A program made the position numbers and the translations under genes. Source: Gammaproteobacteria bacterium (lineage in GTDB: Bacteria; Pseudomonadota; Gammaproteobacteria; Natronospirales; JAZFYH01). Taken from it: a DNA stretch of 33,673 bases. Positions within the stretch are counted from its first letter, which is position 1. The number at the start of each line of letters is the position of its first letter. A model generated the notes under the pieces. The model had not been told where the DNA came from and did not search any database. It saw nothing but the letters and a program-made list of their open reading frames with translations. Shown piece by piece: positions 28,629-33,673 of the stretch. The DNA lies in contig JAZFYH010000067.1 in the NCBI GenBank assembly GCA_036443475.1, positions 1 through 33,673 on the forward strand, read 5' to 3'.

Positions 28629-30989
28629 ATGTTGAAACCTGCAGTACGAAGTACTCCCGGGGCAGTTCTGCTAGCCATTCTTCTGGTTAAAAGCTTTCCG
28701 GTACTGGCTAATTCGATCCATATCTATCCCAGTACACGGAACGGCATGCCACTTACCATCATCACGCAAAAGGAATTGAAGTCACGAGGTTACATGACAT
28801 TGGGTGATGTCATTCGCTACCTTGCCATGAATCAGGTTACCAATGACGCCTTTTCGGTCCAGGACGGTCGCACCAGCGCAAACCTGCGCGGGTTTGGCAC
28901 CGAGGCCACTCGGGTTTTGTTGAACGGGGAACCCCTTCCTTACTTTGCGCTTGACCAGATAAATGGCGCCGCCGTCGACTTGCGCCTGGTCCCGATTACG
29001 GCAATCGAGCGCATTGAAATCTTGCCGGCTGCGAACGGTGTCGATGACGGTTCAGGCAGCATTACCGGATCAATCAATATTATTCTGCTGGAAAATTTCA
29101 ATCAGGTATCCGGTGAGCTTTGGCAATCCGTGACCGATGAAGGCGCTGCCGAAACGCTTTTGAGCTTCCGTAATGGCAAAAGAAGCAACAATCGCGGCTA
29201 TGACTACACCATTGCCTGGTACCACCGCGATGCACTGCATGCGAGTGATCGGGCATTTTCTTCTACTTCAGATCATCGCACCCGCGGGGGCAGCGACTTA
29301 CGCAGTCGCTTCTCAAGCCCGCCGACAATAGAAAACCTCTCGCTTACGCCGTCGTTATTTGCCGATCCGGCTTGCCCAACGGAACGAGTAACCAGTACAA
29401 CAACCGGAACCGCCTGCGTGATCAATCTGAATACATTGCTGGATCTGTCACCGGATGACGAACGCATCAACCTCGGGTTGGGTGCAGACTGGTCTTTCAA
29501 TAACGGTTTGCGGTTCGAGTTTGATTTAGCTTTCACGGACGGGAAAACCTCGTTTCGCCAGATACCCCCGGCAATTTTTGGCGATACCCTAACCTTCGGA
29601 ACCGTGTTTTACCGTCCGTTGGATACCGGTACCCCACTTGTCGTGATAAAGGACCGGGTCACGCACATTAGCTCCAGAACAAGCGGGAAAGTTGCCACAT
29701 GGGATTGGAAGGCTGGCCTCGTTTACGGCCGCAGCACGGCCAGCCGAACTCACAACAACGGTCTATTGCTTGACCGGTTCCTGGATGCTTTGCAGGGTAA
29801 CGGTGGAATCAACGGCAACCGAACGTATAACCCATTTGGTGCCGAACCGCAGAACAACGGAGCGCTGGTCGATTTCCTAACCACGAACTGGAACGAGTAC
29901 GCGGAATGGAAAGAAGTAAAGTTGTTTGGTGAGTTCACGACCGAAATTTTTAATTTGCCAGGCGGGTCGGCACGACTCGGTTTTGGGCTGGAAACCGCGA
30001 CCGAATCCTTGCAGCAACAACCATCACCTGCGGCGGTGAATTTCCGCATTGCCGGTTCCGGTCGGGTAATACAAGTTGATGAGGAAAGGGATCGCAACGC
30101 GGCGTGGATAACTGCATGGTTTCCGTTTCACAACCGCTGGTCCGCTAATGTCGGAATTCGTAGCGATGACTACGAAGACACCAATGAAACAAGCACCGCA
30201 GATATCGGGGTCGTTTACCAGGCTACCGATGAAGTACAGGTTCGGACCGGGTATAGCCAGGGATTTCGAGTGCCGACCCTTGCTGAAACTCACAGTCGGA
30301 TTGCACCCGGGAATACGACCTTGCAACCGGGTTTCAGCAATACAGCACTGGAACCCGAAGAATCTGAAACCTTTTATCTGGGTATAACCTGGCGTTCCAT
30401 TACAATTCCGGGCCTCATCGTTTCCATTGACATGTGGAAAACGCGATACGCAAATCGGGTGACATCACAACTTGTCACACCCTCCGCGTTGCCGTCTTTG
30501 ATGCTCGTTAACAGTGGCACCACTGTCGCCCAGGCCGCTGACCTGAATGCCCGCTATGAGGTTGAAACGACTATCGGGCAGTTCACCTTTCAGACACAAC
30601 AGGCTTTTCTGGAAAGGCTGACCGATACCCAAGGGACGTTGCTTATTGAACAATCTGAAACCCTGCCCGATTATCGAAGCACTTATATGGTCGATTGGAA
30701 TAGGGATCGACATGGAGCAACTTTCAGTCTGTTCTATACCAGTGATTACGACACACCGAACGGCACCGTAACCAGCATAGGTCGCGAGATGGTTGATGCT
30801 TGGTACACGGTTGACTTGCAGTATCGGATAAAAACTAACGCTCTGAACGGTGGTACGTTTCGTGTGGGTTGCCGGAACTGTACCGACGAAGACCCGCCGT
30901 TCAGTAATAATTCTATTTTTGGATTCGATTCTACTTACCACGATCCGCGTGGACTGCAATTGTACGTCAGCTGGGAGCAGGTATTCTAA
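28629..30989 (+). CDS. TonB-dependent outer-membrane receptor, divergent, substrate unknown
   Basis: 786-aa ORF with a signal peptide (...SFPVLA|NS). Plug-domain motifs are present (ITQKELKSRGYMTLGDVIRYL, ANLRGFGTEATRVLLNGEPL, AIERIEILPAANG). Barrel motifs are present (RVPTLAETH, NTALEPEESETFYLGITW), and the protein ends in an aromatic residue (...YVSWEQVF). Confidence 0.9.
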   Translation: MLKPAVRSTPGAVLLAILLVKSFPVLANSIHIYPSTRNGMPLTIITQKELKSRGYMTLGDVIRYLAMNQVTNDAFSVQDGRTSANLRGFGTEATRVLLNGEPLPYFALDQINGAAVDLRLVPITAIERIEILPAANGVDDGSGSITGSINIILLENFNQVSGELWQSVTDEGAAETLLSFRNGKRSNNRGYDYTIAWYHRDALHASDRAFSSTSDHRTRGGSDLRSRFSSPPTIENLSLTPSLFADPACPTERVTSTTTGTACVINLNTLLDLSPDDERINLGLGADWSFNNGLRFEFDLAFTDGKTSFRQIPPAIFGDTLTFGTVFYRPLDTGTPLVVIKDRVTHISSRTSGKVATWDWKAGLVYGRSTASRTHNNGLLLDRFLDALQGNGGINGNRTYNPFGAEPQNNGALVDFLTTNWNEYAEWKEVKLFGEFTTEIFNLPGGSARLGFGLETATESLQQQPSPAAVNFRIAGSGRVIQVDEERDRNAAWITAWFPFHNRWSANVGIRSDDYEDTNETSTADIGVVYQATDEVQVRTGYSQGFRVPTLAETHSRIAPGNTTLQPGFSNTALEPEESETFYLGITWRSITIPGLIVSIDMWKTRYANRVTSQLVTPSALPSLMLVNSGTTVAQAADLNARYEVETTIGQFTFQTQQAFLERLTDTQGTLLIEQSETLPDYRSTYMVDWNRDRHGATFSLFYTSDYDTPNGTVTSIGREMVDAWYTVDLQYRIKTNALNGGTFRVGCRNCTDEDPPFSNNSIFGFDSTYHDPRGLQLYVSWEQVF

Positions 30990-31480
30990 GTGTGTGCGAC
31001 TCGTTGACGATAGACTTCTGCATCACTTTCTGTAAAACAACAAGCAATAATTCTTTCAAACTCTTTCTCAACCGCTTGCATTTCGGATAACGCGATTTTG
31101 GCTGCCAGCCACTTCGGATAACCATAAATACCGGTGCTGATGCAAGGAAATGCAATACTCCGAAATGAATTCGCCCTTGCCAGTTCAAGCGCCGAGCGAT
31201 AACAAGACGTTAACAAATCAGGTTCCCCACCGCTGCCACCGCGCCAGATCGGTCCCACAGCGTGAATAATGTGGCGGGCGATAAGATTGAACCCGGGCGT
31301 CAATACGACAGCACCGGTTTTACACCCATCAAGAGTGCGGCAATATTCAAGCAGCTCCGGACCTGCTGCAGCATGAATGGCGCCATCTACACCACCGCCG
31401 CCGAGTAGAGATTCGTTAGCGGCATTAACAATGACGTCAACAGCGAATTGGGTAATATCCCCGACGTGAATTTCTATCAT
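30986..31480 (-). CDS. ymdB: Macro-domain protein, YmdB-type O-acetyl-ADP-ribose deacetylase / ADP-ribose-binding
   Basis: 164-aa ORF: [44 protein letters not shown]...[10 protein letters not shown]...[14 protein letters not shown]. It is nearly colinear with E. coli YmdB as recalled ([38 protein letters not shown]...ISTGVYGYP). Confidence 0.92.
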   Translation of the reverse strand: [164 protein letters not shown]

Positions 31481-31509
31481 GCTCGGTTTGCCGGAAGAAC
31501 TGTGGACCG

Positions 31510-31905
31510 TTATTTGATAACTTCGAGCCTGGGCTTACCGCGTGGCGGGTGCTCGTCAGCGCCGTTTTCTTTATCTTTCTCGTCATGTGGGTTGTCGTCA
31601 TCCTGTCCAAACATGATTCCCCGCCCGCTGTCACGACCGTAAATTGCCATCACGGCATCCATCGGTATCGTGACGTTCCGGGATACACCGTCGAACCTCC
31701 CACTGAAACGTATCGCATCGTTACCCAAATCTAGATGGCCAACAGCTGTCGCACCAATATTTAGAATGATTTTGTCATCCTTGACAAAACCCGCAGGCAC
31801 TTCGATTGTTTCCTCAGCGGCGTTGATGAGTAAAAATGGCGTATCATTCGAATCAACAAGCCATGCGTAAATGGCTCGCAGCAAATATGGTCGACGTGAG
31901 AGCAT
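31510..31905 (-). CDS. sspB: ClpXP adaptor, stringent starvation protein B
   Basis: 131-aa ORF with RRPYLLRAIYAWLVDSNDTPFLLINA..., an acidic linker, and a C-terminal ClpX-binding-like tail (PPRGKPRLEVIK, compared with E. coli PPRGGRPALRVVK). Confidence 0.92.
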   Translation of the reverse strand: MLSRRPYLLRAIYAWLVDSNDTPFLLINAAEETIEVPAGFVKDDKIILNIGATAVGHLDLGNDAIRFSGRFDGVSRNVTIPMDAVMAIYGRDSGRGIMFGQDDDNPHDEKDKENGADEHPPRGKPRLEVIK

Positions 31906-31915
31906 CCAGTTTTGC

Positions 31916-32548
31916 CTAGACGGCGTTCAACTCTTCTTCAAGCTCGGTAAGGCTGTTCTTGAATGACGGCCGCGCGAAAACGCGATCCATGTATTTCTGG
32001 ATTCCCTTCGCTTGCCCTGGCAGTTCTATGCCAAATTCTTGCAACCGCCAGAGAATCGGTGCAATACTGCAATCGACCAGAGAAAAATCTTCACTGAGAA
32101 AAAAACGGGTCAGATTGAACGCTTCGGTGGATGACAGCAATGTATCCCTTAACTCTTTGCGCAACCTGTTGGTGTCCAACTTACCTGAGGCAATAGCAAA
32201 CGCATCAACCAGGCTGTACCAGTCGCGCTCGATCATGTAAAGCGCGAGTCTAAATCTGGCGCGCGAAACCGGGTCGACCGGCATAAGTGGTGGATGCGGG
32301 AAACGTTCATCCAGATATTCCATGATGACGCGCGTATCGTAAAGCACGAGATCACGGTCAACCAGTGTCGGAATGGTTTGATAAGAGTTTAAATCAATAA
32401 GATCTTCCGGTATCTTGTCATCAACCACCTCAACCGTATCAAAGGTAATGCCCTTCTCCGCCAGTACCAGCCGAACGCGGTGGCTATGCGGACAATTGGG
32501 ACGGGTAAAAAGGGTCATAACAGAACGTTTGTTGGCAATCACTGCCAT
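31916..32548 (-). CDS. sspA: Stringent starvation protein A (GST-like RNA polymerase-associated protein)
   Basis: It begins MAVIANKRSVMTLFTRPNCPHSHRVRLVLAEKG...IMEYLDERFPHPPLMPV...FLSEDFSLVDC..., nearly colinear with E. coli SspA (MAVAANKRSVMTLFSG...). The ATG at 32548 has an AGGAG 8 nt upstream. The track's TTG at 32566 adds 6 residues with no homology. Confidence 0.95.
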   Translation of the reverse strand: MAVIANKRSVMTLFTRPNCPHSHRVRLVLAEKGITFDTVEVVDDKIPEDLIDLNSYQTIPTLVDRDLVLYDTRVIMEYLDERFPHPPLMPVDPVSRARFRLALYMIERDWYSLVDAFAIASGKLDTNRLRKELRDTLLSSTEAFNLTRFFLSEDFSLVDCSIAPILWRLQEFGIELPGQAKGIQKYMDRVFARPSFKNSLTELEEELNAV

Positions 32549-32621
32549 GGAAACTACTCCTTGCAAGGATTAATTGTGGGTGCCTGGATGTACTTATGCC
32601 AAGCTAATTTGAAATATCGTG

Positions 32622-33362
32622 TCAGTGAATATCCCGCCAGTACTCGCGTTTGAGGAAAAAGGCAAATATAAAAAACACCAGCAGGAATGCAAGTACACCT
32701 ATACCAATATGCTGTCGTTTGACCTGCACCGGCTCGCTGACGTATTCCAGAAAATTCACTAGATCACGTACGAGCATGTCAAATTCCGCGGCAGACAACT
32801 TGCCTGGTTTGATTAACTCGAAGCGATCAAACTGTTCGTGCGTGTTTCCTTCTTCGTCCTCCCATTCCTTGAAATGGGCAATCTGGTAACCCTGCATCTC
32901 CGCCAAGACGTGTGGCATGCTAGCTCCTGGTATAACAATGTTGTTCACACCCAGCGGTCGCGTGTCATCTAGATAGAAACTGCGCATATACGTGTAAATC
33001 CAGTCTACACCCCTACTGCGAGCGGCCAGCGACAAATCGGGCGGTGCGCGGCCAAACCAGCGTTCCGCGTCATCGACAGGCATGGCAATCACCATCATTT
33101 GGCTGGGTTTTTCCGCCGTAAACATAAGATTATCCATTAACTGGGTTTCCGTAAGGCTGAGGTCACGGCCCACCCTGTCATATCGAACGTACTTCAGTGA
33201 ATGGCAGCCGAGGCAGTAGTTAACGTAGTACTTGGCGCCACGCGGGAGTGATTTCAAATTGGCTAGATTGTTACCCGCCAAATCAAGAGCTGCACCATCA
33301 CCGGCAGCTGCTCCGAGCACGGGAAATATCAGTGCCAGCGTAAAGATGAGCAGCTTCTTCAT
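32622..33362 (-). CDS. petC: Cytochrome c1 of the ubiquinol-cytochrome c reductase (bc1) complex
   Basis: 246-aa ORF with a signal peptide, the haem c motif CLGCH, a downstream Met-Pro ligand region (PGASMPHVL) and a C-terminal TM anchor. Its start forms an ATGA overlap with the upstream cytochrome b stop. Confidence 0.93.
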   Translation of the reverse strand: MKKLLIFTLALIFPVLGAAAGDGAALDLAGNNLANLKSLPRGAKYYVNYCLGCHSLKYVRYDRVGRDLSLTETQLMDNLMFTAEKPSQMMVIAMPVDDAERWFGRAPPDLSLAARSRGVDWIYTYMRSFYLDDTRPLGVNNIVIPGASMPHVLAEMQGYQIAHFKEWEDEEGNTHEQFDRFELIKPGKLSAAEFDMLVRDLVNFLEYVSEPVQVKRQHIGIGVLAFLLVFFIFAFFLKREYWRDIH

Positions 33363-33673
33363 TTGAATGTCACCCTATCCGGTACTGGTTTCGATTCGTT
33401 CAGTCGCGTGTAGCATGGCAACAACAAGAACACCGCAATGAATAGCGCCGGAATCAGCCAGGACTGCATAATCAGTACATTGCGTTCGAGAGAGAATGCA
33501 TTGCAGGTCGTTGGGTCATTGCACCCTGTCCAGCGTAATGCGTCACCGATTGATACCAGCGCGATTAGAATTCCCGTCGCGGTCAAATGATAGTTGCGTC
33601 GTCTACTTGCTGAATAGACCCAGCAAATCGCAAAAAACATGAAATATATCTCTGCGGCGCGCAATGCATTCTC
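33359..33673 (-). CDS. petB: Cytochrome b of the bc1 complex, C-terminal part only (5' end lies beyond the window)
   Basis: The minus-strand frame is open from the window edge and encodes hydrophobic helices (IYFMFFAICWVY, LIPALFIAVFLLLP). It ends ...ESKPVPDRVTFK. It overlaps the cytochrome c1 start by 4 nt, as expected for petB-petC. Identity rests mainly on context and hydrophobicity. Confidence 0.7.
   Translation of the reverse strand, partial: ENALRAAEIYFMFFAICWVYSASRRRNYHLTATGILIALVSIGDALRWTGCNDPTTCNAFSLERNVLIMQSWLIPALFIAVFLLLPCYTRLNESKPVPDRVTFK

Noticed and set aside
30986-31480. The macro-domain gene considered as a DarG-like antitoxin or defence component
   Set aside because: It is a single-domain 164-aa YmdB-type macro protein. 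It has no adjacent DarT-like or ART toxin ORF and no extra C-terminal domain, and its neighbours are sspB and an outer-membrane receptor.
32549-32621. A TGGCAT element upstream of sspA that resembles a sigma54 -24 box
   Set aside because: The required TTGC -12 element is absent at the correct spacing. At best a weak sigma70-like TTGGCA-18-CACAAT is present, which is not strong enough to report.

Overview
This window looks like a conserved core-chromosome segment of a gammaproteobacterium, about 50-55% GC by eye, with Pseudomonas-like gene order. Nearly every base is explained. On the minus strand, from left to right, it carries:
- secA, which is 3'-truncated by the window edge and absent from the supplied ORF track;
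- an M23 metallopeptidase gene, with a DUF721/DciA-like gene divergent from it on the plus strand;
- lpxC;
- a complete 17-gene division/cell-wall (dcw) cluster: mraZ-rsmH-ftsL-ftsI-murE-murF-mraY-murD-ftsW-murG-murC-murB-ddl-ftsQ-ftsA-ftsZ;
- a type-A RNase P RNA gene (rnpB) upstream of mraZ, then rsmI.

Divergent from rsmI on the plus strand are lpoA-yraN-diaA, then a GlcD-family FAD oxidase and a TonB-dependent receptor. The right end, on the minus strand, carries a YmdB-type macro-domain gene, sspB, sspA, cytochrome c1 and the 3' end of cytochrome b.

I found no CRISPR array, transposase, integrase, prophage, toxin-antitoxin pair or recognisable defence system. I therefore cannot support the claim that a novel multi-gene system is present. 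The leads most worth a second look are:
1. an in-frame TAA that splits lpoA between its lipoprotein signal peptide and the rest of the protein;
2. three accessory genes (FAD oxidase, TonB-dependent receptor, macro domain) in the slot where dolP/yraP normally follows diaA;
3. the macro-domain gene placed as an apparent third cistron of the sspA-sspB operon;
4. a terminator-like hairpin plus palindrome in the lpxC leader;
5. a clear MraZ-type triple direct repeat just downstream of a near-consensus promoter.

Several start codons from the ORF track were revised, based on ATGA stop/start overlaps and N-terminal homology.
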